Shown here piece after piece: positions 18,037 to 27,800 of a DNA stretch of 64,000 nucleotides. The position numbers and the translations under genes are program-made. The notes under the pieces were generated by a model. That model saw only the letters and a program-made list of their open reading frames with translations, was not told the origin of the DNA and ran no database searches. The DNA lies in assembly GCA_964228865.1 (NCBI GenBank), contig CAXRAI010000058.1, positions 2,011-66,010 on the forward strand. Reading direction: 5' to 3'. How positions within the stretch are numbered: position 1 is the stretch's first letter; each line of letters opens with the position of its first letter. The stretch comes from Salinimicrobium sp. Its GTDB lineage: Archaea > Thermoplasmatota > Poseidoniia > Poseidoniales > Poseidoniaceae.

Positions 18037-20697
18037 ATGGCCTCCAACCGATGGGAAGGCCGCATCGGCGTGGTCAGTTCCCGCTACAGGTCCATTGGAG
18101 AAGGGGCCGAAGGCGTCACCGTGGTGGAGCTCTTCGGCCGCGCCGCCAGTGGAGAAAGCGTGTGCGTGCTGGTGCACGGTCTTCGTCCGCACATCGAGGT
18201 CGCGCCCATCGGACGATGGTCGAGCGGGCTGGATCTTCCCGAAGCACTGGTCGACGCTGCGGCCCGGCTCAAGGCCCGCGATCAGGTTCGGGCGGTGACT
18301 GGCCCAGAACTTCGCTGGACCGACCTCGGTTGGAAACCGGTGTGGCGTGTTGAGGTGCACCAGCCCTTCATGGTGCCAGAACTTCGCCGGTCCTTGGAAG
18401 GCGCATGGTCCCTCTTCGCAGCCGACATTCCGTTCACGAACCGCCTTCTTCTGGAAGCCGACTTGGGCATGCACGTTGCGGTGACCGGGGACGTCGTGGC
18501 TTTGCGCTCAGACGGTGAAGACGCCGAAACCGCGGTCCGCACCGCCGGCGGTGGCGGTGTGTATGCCGTGGACCTGACCCTTCGCTGCAACCTTGAGGAC
18601 CTTCAGCCCACAGAGGCCTTCCCGGTCCCCTTCCGGATGTTGTCTTTTGACCTGGAGACCAGCATCGCTGACAACAGCATCCTTTGTGCAGCCGCCGTGA
18701 TGGAAGACCTGGGCACTGGAGAGCGTACCGTGCACACGTGGCGTGACGATGAGTCTGCTTTGTTGGAAGGGATGACACAACTCATCATCGAGCGCGACCC
18801 TGACATCATCACAGGGTACAACATCGACAACTTCGATTTGCCCCGCATCGCCGAACGTGTGGAAGCCCTCGGCGGTCGCAAGAACACAGAGCGACGCTTG
18901 GCGATGTTCGGATGGGGCCGAACCCCTCAGGATGCTTCGGACCTCAGAAGGCAACGTGATTCCGTCGTCCCTAAGCGCGCCAGCACCCGTGCGTGGACCC
19001 TCGGCGGCCGCTGTGTGATGGACGCTTGGTGGCAAGCGCGGATGGCCTTGCGTCCGCAGCGAGAGACCTTGGCCTTCGTCAGCGCCTTGCTGTTTCCAGA
19101 GGACGCGGAACGGCAGAAGATGGACGTGGACGCCTCACGCATGGACGAGGAATGGGCGGCTCGACCCGACGTGGTGCTCGAGTATTGCCGCCGCGATGCA
19201 GAACTGCCGCTCGACATTTTGCAAGCCCTGCAGATCGTGCGCAGAAAGGAAGCCGTGGCCGCCGTGGCCAAGGTGCCCTTCGAAACCGCCAGCAACGGAA
19301 GCACCAGCCAACTCATCGATTCCCTTGTGATTCGCCGCGCGGACCGGACCGCCATCGCCGTGCCCATGACTGGAAGTGCGGAGCCCAAGGAAGGTCAGAT
19401 CACGGGAGGATACGTCCACGACGTGGAAGCGGGTTTGCACCCGTGGATTGCCGTGTTGGACTTCAAGAGCATGTATCCAAGCATCATGATCGGGCACAAC
19501 ATTTGCTACACCACGCGTGTGGACCCCGCTCATCCCGAGCAACCGTCGGACGGTGACGAAGTCCATACCGCCCCGACCGGTGTGCGCTTTTGGAGCGACG
19601 GTCACAGGACAGGCCTTGTCCCCTACCTGCTTCGAGACTTGATGGCTCAGCGCGACCGGCACAAACAGGGCATGCGGGATGCGGGCGATGAGGCGGAGCG
19701 GGCTTTTCACGACGCCATGCAGTACGCGGTGAAGATCCTGATGAACTCCTTCTACGGGGTCTTTGCCTCAGGGTTCTATCGCTTCACGCACCGTGATTTG
19801 GGTTCGTCCATTACCGCATGGGCCAGGCACAACATCAAGGCCGTCATCGCCGATTTGGAGGCGCAAGGGCACCCGGTGGTCTACTCGGACACGGACTCCA
19901 TCTTCGTCAAGTCCCCCATCGAGGGTGACGTGCCCGGTGCGATCCCAGCGCAGGCGAGAACTGCAGCAGAGGATGGCGATGCCGAGGCCCAAGCCACCGT
20001 CGGGCGGTGGGAAGCCGCCAAGGACGCGATGGTGGCCTTTGGCCTCGATTTGGCCGAACGCTACAGCCGCGATGCGGCCGTTCTGGAATTCGAGAAAGGC
20101 CTCTCCGTGTTCTTCTCTCACGGGGCCAAAAAGAGGTATGTCGGACAAGTGGTTTGGCCGAATGAGGACATGCTCATTCGCGGTTATGAGACGCAACGAA
20201 CCGATTCGTTCGCCTTCCTGGTGGAAAGCATGCACACGGTCATGGAACACGCCTTGGCCGACGAGGGCGAAGCCTTGGTCGCCTACGCGTTGGAACAGGT
20301 GATGGCGCTCAAAACCCAGCAGGTCGAAGCCGATCGCCTCATTCTTGCCAAATCATGCAAAGGGAAGGTGCGCCGCGATGGAACCGTGGACTTTGCTTCA
20401 GCCTATGCCAATCCGGACAGCATGGCGCAGGTCCGTGCGGCTAAGCAGCGCATCGAATTGGGCCTTCCTTTCACCTCGGGGATGAAGGTCTCCTTCGTGG
20501 TCACCGACGCCAGCCAGCGCCCGATGCAAGTGGGAGCATGGCTCGAAGAACAGGACGACGGTGGCGTTGAGGGCTACGATGGACGCTTCTACGCCGAACG
20601 CCTTGCAGCAGCCCTTGGTCGCATCACGGAGGCTTTTGGATGGACGGCTCAAGACCTGATGCGCGGCAGCCGACAAACGTCCCTCTTCTCCTTTTGA
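18037..20697 (+). CDS. polB: Family B DNA polymerase
   Basis: Exo I FDLETS, DFKSMYPSIMIGHNI, catalytic YSDTDSIFV. 886 aa from MASNRWEG, a length consistent with no intein. Confidence 0.92.
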   Translation: MASNRWEGRIGVVSSRYRSIGEGAEGVTVVELFGRAASGESVCVLVHGLRPHIEVAPIGRWSSGLDLPEALVDAAARLKARDQVRAVTGPELRWTDLGWKPVWRVEVHQPFMVPELRRSLEGAWSLFAADIPFTNRLLLEADLGMHVAVTGDVVALRSDGEDAETAVRTAGGGGVYAVDLTLRCNLEDLQPTEAFPVPFRMLSFDLETSIADNSILCAAAVMEDLGTGERTVHTWRDDESALLEGMTQLIIERDPDIITGYNIDNFDLPRIAERVEALGGRKNTERRLAMFGWGRTPQDASDLRRQRDSVVPKRASTRAWTLGGRCVMDAWWQARMALRPQRETLAFVSALLFPEDAERQKMDVDASRMDEEWAARPDVVLEYCRRDAELPLDILQALQIVRRKEAVAAVAKVPFETASNGSTSQLIDSLVIRRADRTAIAVPMTGSAEPKEGQITGGYVHDVEAGLHPWIAVLDFKSMYPSIMIGHNICYTTRVDPAHPEQPSDGDEVHTAPTGVRFWSDGHRTGLVPYLLRDLMAQRDRHKQGMRDAGDEAERAFHDAMQYAVKILMNSFYGVFASGFYRFTHRDLGSSITAWARHNIKAVIADLEAQGHPVVYSDTDSIFVKSPIEGDVPGAIPAQARTAAEDGDAEAQATVGRWEAAKDAMVAFGLDLAERYSRDAAVLEFEKGLSVFFSHGAKKRYVGQVVWPNEDMLIRGYETQRTDSFAFLVESMHTVMEHALADEGEALVAYALEQVMALKTQQVEADRLILAKSCKGKVRRDGTVDFASAYANPDSMAQVRAAKQRIELGLPFTSGMKVSFVVTDASQRPMQVGAWLEEQDDGGVEGYDGRFYAERLAAALGRITEAFGWTAQDLMRGSRQTSLFSF

Positions 20698-20747
20698 TGC
20701 CGCAACGGAGCATAGGGTTCTTGGGGACGCGATGGACACCTTTCCTC

Positions 20748-21926
20748 ATGGGACGATGGCCGGTGGCTGCGAGCCTCATGCTGTTGATGGTGGCCTCGAG
20801 TTTGGCCGGATGCGTGACCGAAGGCGGAGATGACACCGGCTTAGACGCCGTGTTCACCCTGTCTCCGGCCAACAACATCCGGGTGGGCGATACCGTGGCC
20901 TTCGACGCTTCTGGCTCCTTGCCGAACGATGGTTCCCTAAGTTACCGTTGGGATTTCGATGGAAACGGCACCGTGGACGCGACCGGCCGAACGGCCGAGT
21001 GGACCTTTGGGGTCGCGGGCAGTTTCACGGTGGTGCTGACCATCTCTGATGGCGTTCGTTCCGCGGAAGCGAGCCGTACGGTGGACGTGGTTGAAGCTTC
21101 AGCCGAGGCACCCACCGCGACCATCGGCCTGGATGCATCCTCTGAATTCGACTGCTTGGGCGAGGACGTTTCGGCCAGCTCCTACATCCTGATTTGGATC
21201 TGCGAAGACGACAAGGAAACCTCAGACCGTCGCATTTCTGCCACCACCACGGTGGCCCTCGACGCGAGCGATTCCGAGGCGGCCACCTCCGACGATTACA
21301 TCACGGAATGGACGTGGGACCTTGCGCCGTCGGAAGACGACGACGGTGACGGCGACGCCGAGAACGATGCCGACCTTACGGGTGAGACGGTGGATTGGAC
21401 CTCTGTGGCGCCAGGCGAGTATGAAGTGGTCCTCACGGTCAAGAGCAGCAAGGGCTTGACGAGCACGGACGAGGTCAAGGTGCACGTGAACTACGCCGGA
21501 ACGTGGACCGACTTTGAGATGGGGGGCAACAGCTCCTCCGGACCGGCACAACTGGACTTCGACGTGACGGTGGTCTACGACCGCGACAGCGGCAACACCA
21601 TCCGCAAAGCCATCGCTGAATTGACCTACCCCAAGCAAGACGACGACTGGGTCGTCGGCGGCGGGCAGCAGCAGAACAACAACCGCCTGGAGATTTACGT
21701 GCTTGACGAGGACAACGACGAAGTGGTGAACTCCTCGGAAATCGGCGACGATCAGCGTGAAGACGGGGAATGCGACAGCGACGATTACTGCCTGAGCCTG
21801 CCCCTGTCCTCCTACCTCATGACCGATACCACGCATGGAGACGGCGAGTGGACCATGCGCATTCACAACGACCGCTGGAACGACATCAAGGTCAACCAAT
21901 TCCGCATCGTCTTGGAGTACAAGTGA
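20748..21926 (+). CDS. Secreted lipoprotein-like PKD-domain protein
   Basis: Signal plus lipobox-like LMLLMVASSLAGC. PKD signature FDASGS...YRWDFDGNGTVD...GSFTVVLTISDG. Asp-rich C-terminal domain. Confidence 0.7.
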   Translation: MGRWPVAASLMLLMVASSLAGCVTEGGDDTGLDAVFTLSPANNIRVGDTVAFDASGSLPNDGSLSYRWDFDGNGTVDATGRTAEWTFGVAGSFTVVLTISDGVRSAEASRTVDVVEASAEAPTATIGLDASSEFDCLGEDVSASSYILIWICEDDKETSDRRISATTTVALDASDSEAATSDDYITEWTWDLAPSEDDDGDGDAENDADLTGETVDWTSVAPGEYEVVLTVKSSKGLTSTDEVKVHVNYAGTWTDFEMGGNSSSGPAQLDFDVTVVYDRDSGNTIRKAIAELTYPKQDDDWVVGGGQQQNNNRLEIYVLDEDNDEVVNSSEIGDDQREDGECDSDDYCLSLPLSSYLMTDTTHGDGEWTMRIHNDRWNDIKVNQFRIVLEYK

Positions 21927-22016
21927 AGCCAAATTCCCGCGCAAGGCTTCGACCGAGGGCAGCGTGGAGTTCAAATAGGGGAGTTCAGTCGGCGAGTCGC
22001 ACAGGAGTGTATTACC

Positions 22017-23312
22017 ATGGCATCGCAGTGGGAAGACAAGAGCAAGCCACACCGTAACATCGTTTTCGTCGGTCACGTTGACCACGGAAAGTCGACGACC
22101 GTCGGTCGTCTCCTTCTTGACTCCGGTCACATCGAAGGACACGTCATCGAGAAGAACGAGAAGCTCGCCGCCGAGCAAGGAAAGGCCGGTTTCGGTCTCG
22201 CCTACGTGATGGACGGGCTCAAGGAAGAGCGCGAGCGTGGAATCACCATCGACGTCGCCCACAAGGAGTTCTTCACCCCCAAGTACTACTGGACCGTCAT
22301 CGACGCTCCAGGTCACCGTGACTTCGTGAAGAACATGATCACCGGTGCCTCTCAGGCCGACACCGCGGTGCTTCTCTGCGCCGCGAACGACGGTGTGAAC
22401 GCCCAGACCAAGGAACACGCCTTCCTGGCCCGTGTGCTCGGTGTGAAGGAACTCATCGTCCACGTCAACAAGATGGACATCTCCGGTGTCGACTGGGCCG
22501 AAGAGAAGTACAACGCCACCAAGACCGAGGTGTCCAACCTCCTCAAGATGGCTGGCTTCGGCGGTCAACTCGACCGGATCCCCTTCATCCCCGCGTCCAG
22601 CCTCAACGGCGACAACGTGTTTGAGAAGTCGGCCAACTGCCCCTGGTACAGCGGCCCCACCCTCTTCGAGGCCATCGACGCTGCCGCCATGCCCGACAAG
22701 CCTGTGGACAAGGCCCTCCGCCTGCCCATTCAGGACGTCTACAAGATCGGCGGCATCGGTACCGTGCCCGTCGGCAAGGTCGAGACCGGTGTGCTGAACG
22801 TCGGCAAGACCGTCGTGTTCAACCCCAGCCAGAAGTCGGCTGAGGTCAAGTCCATCGAGATGCACCACACCATGGTGCAGAAGGCTGAGCCCGGCGACAA
22901 CGTCGGTTTCAACGTCCGTGGCCTCGCCGCCACCGACATCCGCCGTGGTGACGTGGCCGGCTACGCCGAGAGCGAGCCCACCTACGTCCGCCACGACGAG
23001 ACCTTCGTCGGACAGATCCAGCTCATGGACATCCCCAAGGCGGTCTCCGTTGGTTACACCCCCGTGTTCCACGCCCACACCGCTCAGGTCGCTGTGCGCT
23101 TCCAGGAACTCCTCGAGAAGACGAACAAGGCCGGAAAGGAGGCCAACCCCTCCTTCCTGAAGACCGGTGACGCCTGCCTCATCCGCTTCCAGCCGACCAA
23201 GCCGATGGCGATTGAAGCCATGGAGACCTTCCCTGAGCTCTCCCGCTTCGCCATCCGTGACATGGGCAAGACCGTCGCTGCCGGCGTCTGCCTCAAGATC
23301 GAGAAGAAGTGA
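22017..23312 (+). CDS. tuf: Translation elongation factor aEF-1 alpha
   Basis: GHVDHGKSTTVGRLL, DAPGHRDF, NKMD. Full-length 431 aa. Confidence 0.97.
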   Translation: MASQWEDKSKPHRNIVFVGHVDHGKSTTVGRLLLDSGHIEGHVIEKNEKLAAEQGKAGFGLAYVMDGLKEERERGITIDVAHKEFFTPKYYWTVIDAPGHRDFVKNMITGASQADTAVLLCAANDGVNAQTKEHAFLARVLGVKELIVHVNKMDISGVDWAEEKYNATKTEVSNLLKMAGFGGQLDRIPFIPASSLNGDNVFEKSANCPWYSGPTLFEAIDAAAMPDKPVDKALRLPIQDVYKIGGIGTVPVGKVETGVLNVGKTVVFNPSQKSAEVKSIEMHHTMVQKAEPGDNVGFNVRGLAATDIRRGDVAGYAESEPTYVRHDETFVGQIQLMDIPKAVSVGYTPVFHAHTAQVAVRFQELLEKTNKAGKEANPSFLKTGDACLIRFQPTKPMAIEAMETFPELSRFAIRDMGKTVAAGVCLKIEKK

Positions 23313-23346
23313 GCCTCAACGAGGCATGAACTGAGGAGGGTCGTCG

Positions 23347-23676
23347 ATGGCTGCGGTCACCGTGATCAAGTTGACCGGTGAGAACCACCGAGACATCGAT
23401 CAGGTGGCCCAGCAAATCAAGCTGATTTGCGACTCCGGTGGTGTCAAGCTCCGCGGTCCCATTCCGTTGCCCACACGCCGCTTGGTGGTGCCCGTTCGTC
23501 GAGCACCCGACGGTGAAGGCAGCGAGACCTACGACCACTTCGAGATGCGTGTGCACAAGCGCCTGCTTGAGATGGACATCACCTCGGGCAAGGACGAATC
23601 CGCGCTGCGCAACGTGGCTCGAATCGACATCCCCGACACGGTCAGCATCGAAATTTCGATGCGCAGCGTCAACTGA
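23347..23676 (+). CDS. rps10: 30S ribosomal protein S10
   Basis: 109 aa directly downstream of tuf (conserved archaeal order). LRGPIPLPT...HKRLLEMD motif. Confidence 0.92.
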   Translation: MAAVTVIKLTGENHRDIDQVAQQIKLICDSGGVKLRGPIPLPTRRLVVPVRRAPDGEGSETYDHFEMRVHKRLLEMDITSGKDESALRNVARIDIPDTVSIEISMRSVN

Positions 23677-23767
23677 GCCCGGCTTTACCGCGCGCTTGCG
23701 ACTCCACGTGTGGTGCAACCGCGCAGAGCGGTTCTCATCGCCTCTTGCGGTGAGCGTCAGGATGGCG

Positions 23768-24748
23768 TCACAGATTTGCAGCCTCGGCCACGCCTGAAGC
23801 GATCAAGATGTCCGCAACGTCGGGCGTCAGCATGTGCACATCGCCTGATGAAAGCACGATTTCCTCGCCACTGGGCCCAAGGATCGGGTCCTCCATCGAT
23901 GCGAGGATGCGCACGCGAGAAAGCGGGGCTTCTTTGGGTTCAACGACCGGTACGGCTTCCTCTTCGAGGGGGGTCGATTCCGAGACGGGGGCTGGGGCCA
24001 GTTCCAACGCAGCCGAGTGTCGACCTTCCTTGGAGGGCTTCGGGGCAGGCTCCGGGTGGTCGAACAGGTAATCCTCCTCCGGCCAATCGTCCAACCGCTC
24101 TGAAAGGAGCTGTTCCTCTTCGTCCATGTGTCCGTCTCGGATGGACGGTGGCACAGGGTCTTCAAAGGCCAAAGCAGGGGGCGGGCTGCCCGTCAGACCC
24201 TTCGAGCCATCGGTGAACGCGTCGAGCTGGGTCGTGCCCCTGGGGGCGAGATCTGCAGCAGCAGGACGGGACGATGCGGCTTCTGCGGGGAGGCCGTTTT
24301 GCATCGAGGCCCAGTCCACGGCGCGTTTGAAGCGGTCCATTTGCTCCTTCATTGCGGTGTAAAATTCACGCTCAGCAGGGTCATGCCGGCTCCAATCCAA
24401 GGATGGAAGTTCGTTGGGTTGACTGGCCGGTGAGGGCGAGCGCAGCGATTGACTCGAAGCATGTTGCATCATCGCCACCAAGCGTCGTCGAGCCAATTCG
24501 CTGGCGACGCGACGGATGGTGGCTTGCCTCCGCTGAAGGTTCTGAACCCGGAGGTCAAACCCATGTTTCCTCACCGCCTCATGCAGTTCCAAATCAATGG
24601 ACTGGAGGAGCCGGCTCACCGCATTCCAAAAGTCCGGACGCGGCAGTGGAATTGGAATTCGCCGGTTGATTTGTTGGCGATGTGTGGTCGTCAGTTGCTC
24701 TTCGACCTCTCGGGCAGCGGCCTCGTCGAGGGGACCTGCTGCACTCAT
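23768..24748 (-). CDS. GINS (Gins51-like) replication protein with a long disordered linker
   Basis: N-terminal helical A-domain pattern (IPLPRPDFWNAV...IRRVASELARRRLVAMM). C-terminal B-domain pattern (RVRILASMEDPILGPSGEEIVLSSGDVHMLTPDVADILIASGVAE). Start at MSAAGPLDE. Assignment is by eye only. Confidence 0.5.
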   Translation of the reverse strand: MSAAGPLDEAAAREVEEQLTTTHRQQINRRIPIPLPRPDFWNAVSRLLQSIDLELHEAVRKHGFDLRVQNLQRRQATIRRVASELARRRLVAMMQHASSQSLRSPSPASQPNELPSLDWSRHDPAEREFYTAMKEQMDRFKRAVDWASMQNGLPAEAASSRPAAADLAPRGTTQLDAFTDGSKGLTGSPPPALAFEDPVPPSIRDGHMDEEEQLLSERLDDWPEEDYLFDHPEPAPKPSKEGRHSAALELAPAPVSESTPLEEEAVPVVEPKEAPLSRVRILASMEDPILGPSGEEIVLSSGDVHMLTPDVADILIASGVAEAANL

Positions 24749-24845
24749 CACCTGCTCGTCGTGACGAGACCACTTGAAACCTTCAATCCAAGCGGTGCAC
24801 GCCAAGAACGAGCGTTCAAGTTCATCCGTGGTTGTCGTCCAACGG

Positions 24846-27800
24846 ATGGAGGCCCTGCAGCAACGGCAACGTGCGTCCTTTGGGATGCTGCTGGTGCTGT
24901 TGCTTCCGCTTTTTCTTCCTGTGGCCTCAGCAGCGCTCGGACCCGTCCGAGAGGTGAGCAGCCCCACCGTGACCGTTGCTCCGCTGGGCGGTGGTGGCGG
25001 CATCACGTCGGCCAACGTGACCTCGCTCACCGTACCTGCCAACCACACCGTGATCGACGCCGGTCTCACGGTGGGTACGCTGTGGAGCGACGACGGGACG
25101 AATGGCACGCAATTTGCTCACGACGTGAGAACCGGTTTCTCCGGTGGACTGCACGATCGCACGGAAGGGTTGCTGAGGGGCGGACGCCTGACCCTTGCTT
25201 CACCGGCCTCGAACAACGACGTGGAAGATTTCGAAGACCCGGTGCTGACACCGGACGGTTGGTTGGCCATCGGAAGCGCCGACCGTGCTTGGTCCACGGT
25301 GAACCTCTCCACCGTCTCGTTGAACACGTCCTTGGCCTCAAGCGCTTATCTCGGGCACCGTGCCCTTCTCCTCGGTGGGCCGAACGCGACGTTGGATTCG
25401 CAGATGGCGGGATGTTTCGTCAGTCCGCAGGTGGACGGCCCGCGCGTGGTTCGAAACATGACGGTGAGGTTCCGCTCTTCGGCCGACCTCGGGCCAAACG
25501 ACGTGCGTTGGGTCGAATGGCGCAGCGAGGCCACCACCACGTGGTCTGCATTGACGCCATCGGGCGGATATCCACACCAGGTCAGCGGCAGCTTCCCGGC
25601 CGGTTTGGTCCCCAACCCCCAGGCGCTCAGCACCGCGTGGGTCGGTGACGAGGGTCAAGGATGGACCTTGCATGAGTTGCCGTTGGACGGCCACCTCGGC
25701 TCTGCAGAGGCGTGGTACCAACTTCGGTTTTGTTTCGCAACGACCAACGACACGGCCCCTCGAACCGGTTGGCTGCTCGACGGCCTCAGCGTTCACAACG
25801 AAGGGGATCCTGGTGGCGCGTGGTTCCATGGGAACCTCTCAGGGGCCTACGCACCTGATGCCGACGGGTGGGTGGTGCTGGACACCGACCTCTCCGGCCT
25901 GTCGTCCCCGACCGAACTGGCCTTCCGAGCGCATTGGGACATGGAAGGCGGGTGGCAGGACAGCATGACCACCCTGCTGAGCCTCGATCACGGGGCCTCC
26001 TGGACCTTGTTGTCCCAAGCCCCAGGCCTTCCCGGGAACGGTGTGCTCTGGCAGGGCGGCTGGCTCACGCAAGAATCAGGCGAGTGGGTGGACATCGAGT
26101 ACAGCCTTCCTCCGGGGGTGTTCACGTCCCCGAATGCGTCTTCTGCCCAACTGGCGTTTCGGGTCATCACCGACGCCAACGTGGGCTATGGAAATGCGGG
26201 GGTGGACGGCTGGGAAGGCATCGCCATCGACGACTTGCGGGCCGTGACCTACGGCGGGCCCGGCAACACCACGGTACGCATGCTGGACAACTTCACGACC
26301 TCGCCGGTGCTCGGCCAAGGGGTCAACCTCAGCCAAAGCAACAGCACCAACGAGTGGGTGTGGACACAAGCCATCGGAGCCAACGGTCCAACGTGGTGGA
26401 ACGCCTCCTTTGAATCGGGCAGGATGGTGCCACGAGGATGGTCGATCGCCCTCGAGCGTGGCCAAGGATGGGACGTGGGCATTCTCCCCAACGGGACGAC
26501 GGCCGGGCCACGCGCATGGCCTTCCGGCCAACAGGGTGCTGGCATTGTGTTGACCGGAGACTATGCCGCAGAAAGCTTGGCCTATCTGACCTCTCCGAGT
26601 TACAGCCTTCCTGACAACAGCAGTGCACGCTTGTCCTTCCGCTCATGGGTGTGCACGGAAACGGATTGGGACGGAGGAGCGGTGCAGATTTCGGTGGACG
26701 ACGGAGCCTCCTGGTGGTTCCCTCCCTACCACAGCCACACGCACCATACCCTGTCGAGGATGAATCCATACTCGCCCTTCTACGGCGAGGGCATCTACGA
26801 CGGTTCAATTCACACCGGTGGTTGCCCAACACGTTCGCAGGCCTTCGATGCGGAAACCATCGACGTCAGCAACCTCTCCGGGCAAGAGGTACGGTTCAGG
26901 TACGTCTTCTTCTCGGACACCTGGGTGGAAAAAGACGGTTGGTACATCGACGACGCTGGGGTAGAAATCGACCTTTTCTTGGATGAAGGCACATGGACAT
27001 CGCCGTCATTCAGCGCACCAAACCAAGCGATGTGGGGTCTGTTGGACGGTCATGCACGTCTTCCTCCGGGCACCAACCTCACGGTGGATTTGCTCCATCC
27101 GAACGGTTCGATCGTGCCCGGATGGGCTGGGTTGACCTTGCCCACGCACGTGACCCTCTCGACCAGCGACGTCCCTGTCCTCAAAATGCGCGTCAACATG
27201 TCGACCACGTCGTCGTTGGCCACGCCCATCCTCGAGCGGCTCACGCTGGGCAGCGTGACCCACTTGGACGCAGCACATGTGGCCTCCAACGCACCAAGCG
27301 GCCTCGTGATTGGGCAAGACGGAACGATGCAAAACGTGGCCGCCCAAGCCCGGGTTCTCACCTTCCCTGCTTGGCCCGCCTGCCCTCACCAGCAAGCCAC
27401 GGTCCATGTCGTCGGTCAAGGCGCTCGGCCGGTCGCGCCCAGTGCAGCAATCACCTCGCTTGGCAACGCTTCTGGTGTGGAGACGTTCAGCGTGGAATGG
27501 ACCGCGTTGAGGCTTCAATCCAACCTTGGCGTGGAATTGCCACCGGCGACCAGCCTCGAAGAAGCGCGCGCAGAGGTCACCTGCTTGCATTCAGCTTCTG
27601 GAGTCCGGGTCGGTCTGGATGCACAAGCCTACGAGGTCTTTGACGTGGTCTCGTTGGGGTACGGCGATGTTCTCGGCTCATCGGATGCTTTGGCTTCGTT
27701 CGTCAACCTCAGCGACGGTGCCTTGCTCTGGGAGGAGAACAGCACCGTTTCAGGAGCAACGGTCGGTGCGAATCAGAGCGTGGAAGTCCAATGGTACGTC

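Noticed and set aside
18037-20697. Possible intein in polB
   Set aside because: The 886-aa length and the contiguous polymerase motifs (YPSI..., YSDTDS) leave no room for an intein insertion.
21222-23078. 618-aa minus-strand ORF
   Set aside because: It is antisense to the unmistakable aEF-1alpha gene and partly to the PKD gene. Its G/V/D/H-rich composition is typical of a high-GC antisense frame.
24449-25648. 399-aa plus-strand ORF, and the first 120 codons of the 446-aa minus ORF (24749-25108)
   Set aside because: These are off-frame or antisense overlaps with the GINS-like gene and the start of the giant surface protein. Their R/P/G-rich composition points to artefacts.
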